From contig NW_027361679.1 of assembly GCF_039654945.1 (NCBI RefSeq), forward strand, positions 101,742,001 through 101,806,000: a DNA stretch of 64,000 nt. The letters are read 5' to 3'. This DNA is from Dendrobates tinctorius (lineage: Eukaryota). The number at the start of each line of letters is the position of its first letter. The stretch's first letter is position 1. The position numbers and the translations under genes were made by a program. Below, in pieces: positions 12,639-24,211 of the stretch. The notes under the pieces are model-generated. The model did no database searches, was not told the DNA's origin, and saw only the letters and a list, made by a program, of their open reading frames with translations.

Positions 12639-15600
12639 GGGTTTTTTTTTTTCAGTAAATATATTTATTAAAGTTTTAAACAGTAAAAGCATGTCCAAGG
12701 CTAAACATTAAATCTCTGTAAAAGCAGCACACTTATAGCCAAACAAGGACTCAGGCATATATAGGATACATGCTTGCTATCTTGAGAAACATCTCAAGAT
12801 ATGAACCTTATAACCTGTAAGAAAAGCAGTTATAGAGATAGAAGAAGAAGGAAAGCAAGATAAAAAGAGAAGAGAGAGAAAAAAAAAAAAAAAAGGGGGG
12901 GGTGGAATAGGAAAAAAGGGGAGTAGGGAGGGAGAGGGTTAAAGGGGACCCAATAGCATCAGTGTCCACGTATTGGGGGTTGTGAATATGTACGTAGCCA
13001 GTTCAGGAACCCCGCGCTCTCCTTGAAGGATTGCCAGAGGAACCAGGTGCGCCCCTGTTCACATGCAACACCACCGTCACCACCGCCACCCACCACCATT
13101 GACTCCAGACGATGAAGTCTCTCCATTTCAGATATCCATTCCTCCGTGGAGGGAACCTCAGTGGACCTCCAATGCCAAGGAATAACCGCTCTGGCAGCCG
13201 TTAAACAGAATCTTAGAATCCCCTTTTTAACCGAAGCTATCGAATTGGGAATCAGGGACAGTAGGGCAATTTTGGGGGAGGGCTCATGGCAGACCCCAGT
13301 CATCAGATGAAAGGCATCAAACACTGAGCTCCAGAAGGGTTGCAGGAGACCACAGGACCACCAAACATGAAGCATAGAGCCTGCAGCGGATCCACATCTC
13401 CAACAGGCATCCGGGGTCTCCGGGTTAATCCTATGGAGAAGTGTGGGACATCTACACCAGCGCGTCAGCAATTTATAATTCCTCTCCTGCGACTGACTGG
13501 ACATTGTCATCTTATGTGCAAGAGTGAAAATTTTTAAACTATCCGCCTCAGAAAAGGTGATCCCCAGGTCCCTCTCCCAAGCCTCCATGAAGCCGAGTGT
13601 AGTAGAGGGAAGTGAGTTGAAGACCAGGCCATAGAGCACCGAAACCACATGAGAGGGACCCTCGGTAGGGAGCATCAGAGACTCAAATGGCGTCGGCGCC
13701 CCTAATGGTATACTGAGAAGAAAGCTCCGCAATTGCAGAAACTCCAGCCAGGACAGCGGCGCCGTTCGATCAGGGCCCCGCAACCCCCGCACATCGGAGA
13801 GCCCCGCAAGTTTATCCCTCACCTGACCCAGTACCACCTCGTCAGGTCGCGACCAACACAAAAACGTAGATCTATTCATTGCTGGGGGAAAGGCCGGATT
13901 GTCAAAAAGGGGACTCAATCTGCTCAATTGAGAAGTCAGGCGTAATTTCACGTAGGCTCTGTCCCAGAACCTCAGATCAACCTGTGTGAGTGGAGCATAA
14001 CTTGACACAGGCGGGCGTCCGATTCCCCCCCAGCCAAGGTACCAATACAAAGAAGAGGGCGATAAAAGTTTCTCCAAGAACACCCACTGTTTATGAGCAT
14101 CGCCAAACCTCCAATCGACTATCCTAGAGAGCAAGACTGCCTGATAATAACGTTTAAAATCAGGGAGGCCTACCCCCCCTTTAGTCTTGGGTCTCACTAG
14201 TACCGAGAACCGAGTCCGCGGTTTCCTAGTTCCCCAAATAAAGCTATTGATAGCCGATTGCAGGCGCCTGAAAAAGCAATCCGGGACCTGCACTGGAGCC
14301 ATCTGAAAAAGATAGAGGAATCGGGGCAAGATTTCCATCTTGATCTCTCCTACCCGTCCGAACCAAGATAGCTGAGGTCTGCTATATCGTTTAAGGTCCA
14401 AGATAGTTTTCCGCAGGAGCGGGACATAGTTCAGAGCATATGTTGGGTTAATGTCAGCAGGTATTAAGACTCCTAAATATTTCAAGGCGGCCGTCTTCCA
14501 CTTAAAAGAAAAGGACGTCTGGAGCTGAGAAACCAGATCATTAGGCAAGGAGATATTGAGCGCCTCCGTCTTGGAGTAGTTAACTTTAAAATTTGAGACC
14601 TCCCCGAACCTACGGAACTCTCGGAGAAGTACAGGAAAGGCCACAGTCGGGTTGGTAATGTATAGCAGTAAGTCATCCGCATATAGGGATATCTTAAACT
14701 CATGTTGACCAATCCGCAAACCCTCAATATCGGGTGTCTTCCGTAATGCCACTGCTAGGTGCTCCATCGCGAGGATATAGAGTAAAGGAGAGAGGGGGCA
14801 ACCCTGTCGGGTCCCGTTCCTTATATTAATGGGCAGGGAGAGGGTGCCATTAACTCTGAGACGGGCTGTAGGTCTATGATATAGAGCAAAAATCCTCTCC
14901 ATCATATTAGGACCCACTCCTAGTTGCTGCAGAGAAGCACGCAGAAAGGGCCAACCTAGGCGGTCAAACGCCTTCTCAGCGTCAATGGATAATAAGCATG
15001 CTGGTACCTTTCCTGTGCGCATGTACGAAGTCAGAAGCAACATCTTCACCGTGTTATCCCTGGCCTCCCTGTGAGGCACAAAGCCCACCTGATCATTATG
15101 GATGGACCCAGGGAGAACAGGGTTCAGTCTACCAGCTAACACTTTCGCGAACACCTTCACATCTACATTAATAAGGGATATGGGCCTATAACTTGCACAT
15201 AATAGGGGATCTTTACCCAGTTTAGGAATCACGGTGATTGTAGCTATCAGCGTTTGGGGGGCAAAGGGACAGCTGGCCGAGATAGAATTAAACAGTTTGA
15301 TCATGAAGGGGACCAGGGAGTTTGCAAACAATTTATAAAAGGCAGCGGAAAATCCATCCGGGCCAGGACTCTTACCATTAGCTAAGGATTTTATTGTGTC
15401 GAGAACCTCCTGCTCTGAAAGAGGGCTCTCCAGGGTCTCAGAATCCTCCACCGACATAGGCGGGAGCCCAGTATCCCGGATGTAATCATCCACCCGTGCT
15501 TGAAACTCGGGGGGAGACATATCAGACAACGGGCCATTTAAATTATAAAGAGAGTCCTAATATGCTCTGAACCAGTCCACAATCTCCCCAGGAAAATGGA

Positions 15601-17608
15601 CCAGTTCACCCGTAGCAGATCTCATGGTAGGAATATAAGTGGTAGGGGCACGGGGATGCAGAAACCTCGCCAGGGCTCTCCCAGGTTTATCAGAATATTT
15701 GTACAAAAATTTACGGAAGCGGTCCCTCTGTCGTGCTAACGTCGCGTCTAACAAGGTGCTCAACTCACAGCGCGCCCGGAGGAGATCAGTCAGCACACCA
15801 GCATCTCTAGTCCGTTTATGGTCCGTCTCCAAAGCTTGGACACGAGTCAACAAACCCATTATATTAGTTTCCCTCTCTCTTTTCAGTCTGGCCCCTTTTT
15901 TATAAATACCCCCCGTATGACTCCTTTCAAAGCTTCCCATTGATACGGAATAGCCGTAGGGTCGTGTTTGTGAAAATCTAGAAAGTCCGAGATTGCTGTT
16001 CGCACGGCCGCCTGACACGTTAGCCCCACAAGGAGACCAGGATTTAAGGACCAGGTCCATTCCTTCGGAACGAGACTCGGCAACCGCAGGGACGCAGGGA
16101 GAGCAAGACCGGGGCATGGTCCGACCATAACATCGTGTCGATGTCGGACCTAGGGTCAAAAGACAGGAGCCCGTGGCTGATCAAAAAATAATCTAATCTA
16201 CTGTAGGAATTGTGTATTGTGGAAAAATAGGTATAATCCCGGGCAGTGGGGTGCAGTAACCTCCAGACATCCACCAACTTTGAGTCTGACAGGGCCCGAC
16301 GTAGTCTCTCCATCTGCGAGGGGGACACCGCTGACCTGCCCGAAGAGGAATCCATAGCGCGGTCCAACACCATATTGAAGTCCCCTCCCATGATCACGTA
16401 GCCCTCCGCAAAAGCCGATAGGTCCCGCAAGTACTTTCTGCATGCTCGGACCTGGTCTTGATTGGGGAGATAAATGTTAGCTATGGTGAACAGATCGTGG
16501 GCGATTTTAAGCTTCAGAAACACATATCGACCACCAGAATCCGTCTTAGAGGCGACAACCTGAGCCTGTAGAGACTTATGTAATGCAATACTGACTCCTT
16601 TAGACTTGGAATCAGAATTACTTCCATGGAACCACTGTGTGTCGTATTTATGGCTAAGCGTAGGAATTCTGTCTGATCGGAAATGCATCTCCTGCAGCAG
16701 AAGTATGTCAACCCGTTGCTTATGCATACTGTATAGAACCTTCGATCGCTTTTCGGGGACATTAAACCCCCTGACATTAAGTGAGCAGAGTTGTAGGGAT
16801 GCCATATGAACTATCGGGCCCACAGGTGGCACAATCAGGTCAGGGAGGAGTAGGGGGGTGGGTAGTGGGAAGAGATAGAGATAGTAAAAGTAAAGCACCA
16901 AGGAAAGAGAGTAGTTCAGCCAGAGGACAATGAACCGACAGAAAAGAAAAAAGAAATAAAGGGAAGACCAAGAGGTCACTAGACCTCTGGTGTAAAGGAC
17001 AATATCAGAGAAAACTCTGAGAAGTAGTGTCACAGACACACCCTAGTGGGGAGGTGATTGGGCTAAGAGCAAGCAGCCAACAGCCAAGCCCCTGCAGCAA
17101 AAAAAAAAAAAAAAAGAAATCCAAACTCCACCCCATAGGTCTGTAGACCTGTCAATATAAACAATATTAACAAATACAACAGGACAAGTCATAAACCAGA
17201 TACTTTTGCAGAAGTGAACACAGTCGGAGCGGGTCTCCGAAGGGGCATCTCCGAGTGCTAAATTTAGGAGAAAGAGTAGCGTTAGTCAGCCTAGGATATA
17301 AATAGTGGAATTATAAAGTAATACAACAGATAAGCACGTCATTTGGGGTGCCCATCGGAGTAGGAAACCATTCATAAACAGTGTAAAATAGGCTATGCTG
17401 GGAGCTCCGTTAAAGAGTCCCAGATAGAATCTGATGAAAATGAAACCGCTACCAAACATATGGCTCCAGTCCCCCTGCATTAATCAAACTTGAGCAAAGT
17501 TACGACCAGACTCCTCTTGGGAGCCCGACAATATGCCGGGGTACTGCAGGAGGAACAAAAGAGACAATAGAAAACATATAATCTAGGATAGATGATCAAG
17601 TGTCGTCG
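12639..17608 (-). mobile_element. L1-clade LINE, 5'-truncated (no ORF1), present only in copy A
   Basis: TSD AAATTGCTGG (12629-12638, 17609-17618). Poly(A) (T-run 12642-12652) preceded by AATAAA. Empty site at ~29913. Confidence 0.92.
12959..16805 (-). pseudogene. L1 ORF2: APE endonuclease, RT and C-terminal CCHC; frameshifted between EN and RT; 856-aa RT part open
   Basis: MASLQLCSLNVRG..LLQE..GGDFN..SRLDYF..SDHAPV (EN); KSPGPDGF, YRPISLIN, IDAEKAFD, GTRQGCPLSPLL, LYADD (RT); CWRC..HVWWSC. Confidence 0.93.
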
Positions 17609-17932
17609 AAATTGCTGGTTTTTGTTCATTCTACATTTGAATCAGGCCCGGATTGGTAATATAACCAACCGGGCATTTTCCCGCTGGGCCGCTGTCATGT
17701 GGGCCGCTGGCGGCAGCACCTGCTCATCTGGCCGCTTGCCAGCTGATGCAGCCACTGGTCTGGCTGTTGCTCCTGCCACCGGCCCTCTGCGGGCACGGCG
17801 GTTATAGTTTCCAACCCTCCCGCACTGCAGGGAGATAAGCCGCCACCCCCCCACGCACCCCATCCTCGCCGTAGCATGAGACCTCCCCACCGCAGCCACC
17901 CACTGCATTGCTTGCCTGCTCTCTTCTCTGTT

Positions 17933-18060
17933 CACAGGACCTGTGATGAGGTCACAGGAGGGGAGGAGTCAGGGGTCACATGATCAGGAGCCTTTGTCCA
18001 GACCCCTGATCATGTGACCCCTGACTTTCTCCCTCCTGTGACCTCATCACAGGTCCTGTG
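17933..18060. repeat. Near-perfect palindrome, ~56-bp arms (second copy ~30258-30385)
   Basis: CACAGGACCTGTGATGAGGTCACAGGAGGG..GGGGTCACATGATCAGG, spacer, CCTGATCATGTGACCCC..CCCTCCTGTGACCTCATCACAGGTCCTGTG. Confidence 0.9.
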
Positions 18061-18174
18061 CGCTCAGCCTTGCCTCTTGGTGTCTGTAAGACTCTGCTGT
18101 GCTGTTGTCATGGTGCTGGATGAGGTAAGTATGTGTGGGGACAGGAGGGGTTTACAGGGTAGATGCAGCAGAGC

Positions 18175-19175
18175 TGTGTGTGTATGAGGTGTATGGAGAG
18201 GAGCCGTGTGTGTACGAGGTGTATGGAGCGGAGCCATGTGTGTACGAGGTGTACGGAACGGAGCCATGTGTGTACAAGGTGTACGGAGCGGAGCCGTGTA
18301 CGAGGTGTACGGAGCGGAGTCATGTGTGTACGAGGTGTATGGAGAGGAGCCGTGTGTGTATGAGGTGTACGGAACAGAGCCGCGTGTACGAGGTGTACGG
18401 AGCGGAGCCGTGTGTACGAGGTGTACGGAGCGGAGCCGCGCGTGTACGAGGTGTACGGAGCGGAGTCGTGTGTGTACGAGATGTATGGAGAGGAGCCATG
18501 GGTGTATGAGGTGTACAGAACAGAGCTGCGTGTACGAGATGTAGGGCGTAGCCGTGTGTACGAGGTGTATGGAGCGGAGCCAGGCGTGTACGAGGTGTAT
18601 GGAGCGGAGCCGCGCGTGTACCAGGTGTAAGGAGCGGAGCCGCGCGTGTACCAGGTGTACGGAGCGGAGCCGCGCGTGTACCAGGTGTACGGAGCGGAGC
18701 CGCGCATGTACCAGGTGTACGGAGCGGAGCCGCGCGTGTACGAGGTGTACGGAGCGGAGCCGTATTTGTACAAGGTGTATGGAGAGAAGCCATGTGTGTT
18801 TGAGGTGTACGGAACGGACACGCGCGTGTACGAGGTGTACGGAACGGAGCCGCGCGTAAGAGGTGTACGGAACGGAACCGCGCGTACAAGGTTACGGAGC
18901 GGAGCTGCGTGTACGAGGTGTACGGAGCGTAGCCGCCCGTGTACGAGGTGTACGGAGAGGAGCCGTGCGTGTACGAGGTGTATGGAGCGGAGTCATGTGT
19001 ACGAGGTTACGGAGCGGTGCCGCGTGTGTACGAGGTGTACGGAGTGGAGCCGTGTGTGTACTCGGTGTACGGAGCGGAGCCGCGTGTGTAAGGGGTATAC
19101 AGAGCGGAGCTGTGTGTACGGAGTGGAGCCATACGTGTACGGGATGTACGGAGCGGAGCCAAGTGTGTACGAAGC
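18175..19175. repeat. Minisatellite, ~30-bp unit GTGTGTACGAGGTGTACGGAGCGGAGCCGC
   Basis: Directly visible tandem array with 26-30 bp variants. Confidence 0.95.
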
Positions 19176-20740
19176 ATACAAAGTGGGCTTTTCCCACGGA
19201 CACAGGAGTACATGGCGGAGCCCCGAGGAGCATTTTAAAACACACACATGAAGTTCCACCTGAAGTGATGTGCTGGAAGCTGACCGGAAATGAGATAATT
19301 TCTTGAGGAGATTGTGAAAGAACCAGGAATGCTTCAGATCCATCACCGTGTCCTCCTCCGACAGCGCAGACAGCAGGATCGCCTTGGAATCGGGGATGCC
19401 GGCCATGTGAGCGGATCATGATATGTCCTGCACCGGGAGGCTCAGGTGGGCACTATAATGGGATCCGGGCTGCTATAGTATCTTTATAGAATCTTTCGTT
19501 ATTTCTTTTTCTCTTTTTCTTTATTTCTCTGTTCTTTCTTTCTCATTCTCTGTTCTGTCTTTCCCTCATTTTCTTTCTCTCTCTCTGTTCTTTNNNNNNN
19601 NNNNNNNNNNNNNNNNNNNNNNNNNNNNNNNNNNNNNNNNNNNNNNNNNNNNNNNNNNNNNNNNNNNNNNNNNNNNNNNNNNNNNNNNNNNNNNNNNNNN
19701 NNNNNNNNNNNNNNNNNNNNNTCTCTGATCTTTCTCTGTTCTTTCTTTCTTTCCCCTCTTTCTTTCCCTCTGTTCTTTCATCTTTCTCTCTCTGTTCTTT
19801 CTTTCTCGCTCTCCTTTCTTTCTCTCTCTTTTTTCTCTCTCTCTGTTTTCTCTCTTCCTTAGTGTCAGTCAGTGTGCCCATAATGCCAGCCACTGTGCCC
19901 TCAGTACCAGTCAGTGTGATCAGCAGTGCTAAATGGGTGCGATTAGGCGTGGACATGGGTGTGACTAGTTGCGAAATGGATGTGGCCGGGGCGTGGCCCA
20001 AATTTGCAGCGGAGCGTGCAGCGCGCCGCAGTCTTTGTCCCTCTTTCCCTTCTTCAAAAGTTGGGAGGTATGATAGGGGCAGCTATGACCAGGGGGTCTG
20101 CTTGCCCAATGGATAGCAGTTCTGCCAGGAATTCTGTCACCGTGTGTACAAAAGGGGACAGAGCTTTGGGAGGAGTACTGTACCTAAAAGCAATAAATAG
20201 GACTGAGCTGAAATACTGGGCACAGCTCTGACTACATGTTATATAGTCGTGTTAATCTCCTCTCACTTCTTGTAACCTACAAGTGTACAAAGATATTATA
20301 TAGTCACCATGTGACTAGTGGGCCTGTGTAACTTCAAATGCCAGGGCTGAATTTTAGTCCCAGTCCGGCCCTGATTACAATGGTATAAGTTGAACAGAGC
20401 AGGTCAGATATGACCTTGGTCAGATTTGACATCACTTGAAGTGACATCTTTAAAGTGATACATGAGAAATATACCAGAAATAGTCCAGAAATCGGTCAGA
20501 CGGTAAGACTAACCACTGCATTCCTACTTTACTTGCTCACATTTGCCATCACCGTTTTTGCTCCACTAATCTTCACTCTCCTTCGCTATCCCCAAACCCC
20601 TGCACCCTTGAACCAAATAACTATCTCCCCCTCTCTCTTACCCCCACCTCACTTTATCTGCAGACATACTCCTTAACCTCAGACCTCTCCTACTAAGATA
20701 CAATACAAGACGATCACTCTCCTTCACCTAACTGCTTTCC

Positions 20741-20791
20741 CTTTCTCTGCTTCTTCTCACTGCTGGTGACATATCCCCCAACCCTGGCCCC
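20741..20791 (+). other. 2A-like (StopGo) peptide upstream of the L2 endonuclease, LSLLLLTAGDISPNPGP
   Basis: Translation CTT TCT CTG CTT CTT CTC ACT GCT GGT GAC ATA TCC CCC AAC CCT GGC CCC; identical in copy B at 32821-32871. Confidence 0.8.
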
Positions 20792-22557
20792 CCCTGCCTC
20801 ATACATCCCACTAATCCTCACCCCTATCTTTCTCACACTAAGAGAAACTACCGCAATCCCTCAAACTTAAAACCTGTGCCACTGACCCCCTCCCTCCCGC
20901 ACCCTCTTTCTGGAGCACTTTGGAATGCTCGCTCCATCTGCAACAAGCTCCAGGTGATCCACAACCTCTTTACCTTTCCTTCCTGGCCCTCACTGAGACC
21001 TGGCTGACACCCCCTGACACGGCCTCCCCGGCCGCACTGAGTTATGGTGGCCTCCACTTTACCCACACTCCTCGCCCTGGCAACAGACATGGTGGAGGAG
21101 TGGGTTTCCTCCTTTCTAAAAACTGCTCCTTCAACCCTATCCAACCCCCACCCTCCCTTATCCTCCCTTCTTTTGAGGTTCACTCTGTCCGTATTTACTC
21201 TCCCTCTAATCTCCAAATGGCTGTCATATACCAACCACCGGGCTCAGCCACTGCCTTCATCAACCAATTCTCCATCTGGCTCCTCCACTTTCTCTCTTCT
21301 GACATCCCCACCATCATCATGAGGGACTTCAACATCCCCATTGACACCCACCAGCTAGCAGCCTCCAAATTACTGTCAATTACCTCATCCTTTGGACTTA
21401 CTCAGTGGTTATCCACAGCCACCCACACAGATGGACATACATTAGACCTCATCTTCACCCGCCTCTGTTCCCTATCTAATCTCGTAACCTCTCCCTTCCC
21501 CCTATCTGACCACCATCGACTCACCTTCTTATCCTTGTCCTTCTCACCTGCCCCCCATGTCCAGCCACTAGAACATCATCGCAGAAACCTCGCACACCTA
21601 GACATTCAGACTCTCAGACTCTCTTTTACCTCTGTTCTCCATATCTTCACTCCACAACACAGACAGTGCCACCGCTTTCTACAACGCCACCCTCACATCA
21701 GCCATAGACTCAGTCGTCCCTCTCATGCATGGCAAAGCGCAACAAACCAATAGACAACCCTGGCATAACAACCTCACCAAAATATTTTGACAAGCATCCA
21801 GGGTCGCGGAGGGGTGTTGGAAGAAAACACGCTTGCCAGATGACTTCACTGCTTTCAAACATGCTACACTTGCCTTTAAATCAGCCCTCACCTCTGCTAA
21901 ACAGACCTATTTCTCAAACCTTGTATCTTCATTATCCCACAACCCAAAACAACTGTTCAGCACATTTAACTCTCCTCCACCCACCACTGCCACCTCCAAC
22001 TACCCTCATCTCTGCTGAGGACTTTGTCACCTACTTCAAAAACAAGATCGACCAAACAAGGAAAACCTTTACAGTTCCACCACCCTAACCACTCCACATA
22101 CCAGACCTCTGCCCTTCCCTAATAACCTCCCTCTCCAACATCACTGAAGGAGAGCTTACTTATCTCCTTTCCAAATCACACCTCACCACCTGTGCACTTG
22201 ACCCCATCCTTTCCCACCTGCTCCTCAACCTCACTAACATGATCATTCCAGCTCTAACACATCTCTTCAACCTATTCCTAACTTCTGGTACCTTCCCCTC
22301 TGCCATCAAACATGCCACCATAACACCCATCCTCAAAAAATCAAACTCTGACCCAACTGCTATGCCCAGCTTTCGCCCAATATCACTGCTCCCGTTTGCT
22401 TCCAAACTCCTTGAACAGCATGTCCATGCTCAACTTTCCTCCCACCTCTCATCTAACTTCCTCCTTGACATCCTGCAATCTGGCTTCCGCCCCCACCACT
22501 CCACTGAAACTGCCCTGACCAAAATTACTAATGACTTACTCACAGTCAAAGCTAACA

Positions 22558-24211
22558 TAGAATCATAGAATCATAGAATCATAGAATCGTAGAGTTGGAA
22601 GGGACCTCCTGGGCCATCTGGTCCAACCCCCTGCTCAAAGCAGGATTCGCTAAATCATCCCAGTCAGATGTCTGTCCAGCCTCTGTTTGAAGACTTCCAT
22701 TGAAGGAGAACTCACCACTTCTCGTGGCAGCCTGTTCCACTCATTGATCACTCTAACTGTCAAAAAGTTTTTTCTAATATCTAATCTGTGTCTCCTCCCA
22801 TTCAGTTTCATCCCATTGCTTCTAGTCTTTCCTTGTGCAAATGAGAATAAAGTTGATCCTTCTACAATGTGACAGCCCTTTAGATATTTGTAGACAGCAA
22901 TTAAGTCTCCTCTCAGTCTTCTCTTTTGCAAACTAAACATTCCCAAATCCTGCAACCTTTCCTCATAAGACAGGGTTTGCAGACCGGTCACCATTCTGGT
23001 CGCTCTTTTCTGAACTTGCTCCAGTTTGTTGATGTGTTTTTTAAAATGTGGTGCCCAAAACTGGACACAATATTCCAGATGAGGTCTGACCAAAGAGGAG
23101 TAGAGGGAAATAATGACTTCACGTGATCTAGACTGTATGCTTCTGTTAATACATCCTAGAACTGCATTTGCCTTTTTTGCTGCTGCATCACACTGTTGAC
23201 TCATATTCAGTCTGTGATCTATTAGTATACCCAAGTCTTTTTCACATGTGCTGTCACTTAGCCCTATTCCTCCCATTCTATATATGCTTTTTTCATTTTT
23301 ATTGCCCAGATGTAGTACTTTGCATTTCTCCCTGTTAAAAACCATTCTGTTAGTTACTGCCCACTTCTCCAGTTTATTTAAATCTTTTTGAATCCTCTCT
23401 CTCTCTTCTCTAGTATTAGCTATCCCTCCTAGCTTTGTGTCATCAGCAAATTTAATCAGTTTACCCTCAATTCCTTCATCTAAATCGTTGATAAAGATGT
23501 TGAACAATACAGGGCCCAGGACAGAGCCCTGTGGTACCCCACTTGAGACATTCTTCCAACTGGATGTGCAGCCATTTACGACCACTCTTTGGGTCCGATC
23601 ACTAAGCCAGCTATGAATCCACCTAACAGTTGCCTTGTCCATTCCATACTTAGTCATTTTTTCAATAAGGATTGTATGAGAGACTTTGTCAAATGCTTTG
23701 CTGAAGTCAAGATATACTATATCTACAGCATTTCCTTGATCCACCCAATCAGTGATACCGTCATAGAAGGAAATTAAGTTAGTCTGACATGACTTATTAG
23801 TTACAAACCCATGCTGACTCTGTTTGATCACTTCATTCTTATCCAGGTATTGACTTACATGTTGTTTAATAATTTGTTCAAAGATCTTTCCTGGTATAGA
23901 AGTCAGACTCACCGGCCTATAGTTGCCTGGGTCCACCTTCTTCTCCTTTTTGAAGATAGGAACAACATTTGCTCTTCTCCAGTCTTCTGGCACTTCTCCT
24001 GTTCTCCAAGAATTTTCAAAGATTATGGAGAGTGGTTCAGAAATTTCTTCTGCTATCTCCTTCAGTACTCTGGGGTGTAATTCATCTGGACCTGGAGACT
24101 TGAATTCATTTAGGTTAGCTAAGTGTTTCCTCACTATCTTTCTGTTTATAGATATCCTGGATTCTTCTATTCCCTTAATAGGACAGTGAATAACAGTTGG
24201 TGTTACATTTC
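22558..24211 (-). mobile_element. CR1 LINE, 5'-truncated and young, inserted antisense into L2 copy A
   Basis: (ATTCTATG)n 3' tail at ~22556-22592. TSD CTAACA (22552-22557, 24212-24217). Empty site at ~34601. Confidence 0.93.
22650..24211 (-). CDS. CR1 ORF2 reverse-transcriptase portion, uninterrupted
   Basis: [70 protein letters not shown]; no internal stops. Confidence 0.92.

Larger units (their letters stand above)
17643..20373. mobile_element. Non-autonomous hAT (MITE-like) carrying a palindrome, 30-bp minisatellite and CT-rich microsatellite, copy A
   Basis: TIRs CAGGCCCGGATTGG / CCAGTCCGGCCCTG. TSD ATTTGAAT / ATTACAAT (perfect in copy B). Confidence 0.8.

Noticed and set aside
18064-19419. 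Many long overlapping ORFs (YTSYT.., VYEVYGAEP..), also at 30389-31442
   Set aside because: Translations of a stop-poor 30-bp minisatellite open in several frames on both strands; not genes.
19500-19860. Lys/Glu/Arg-rich ORFs (also 31535-31910)
   Set aside because: CT-rich microsatellite spanning N gaps.
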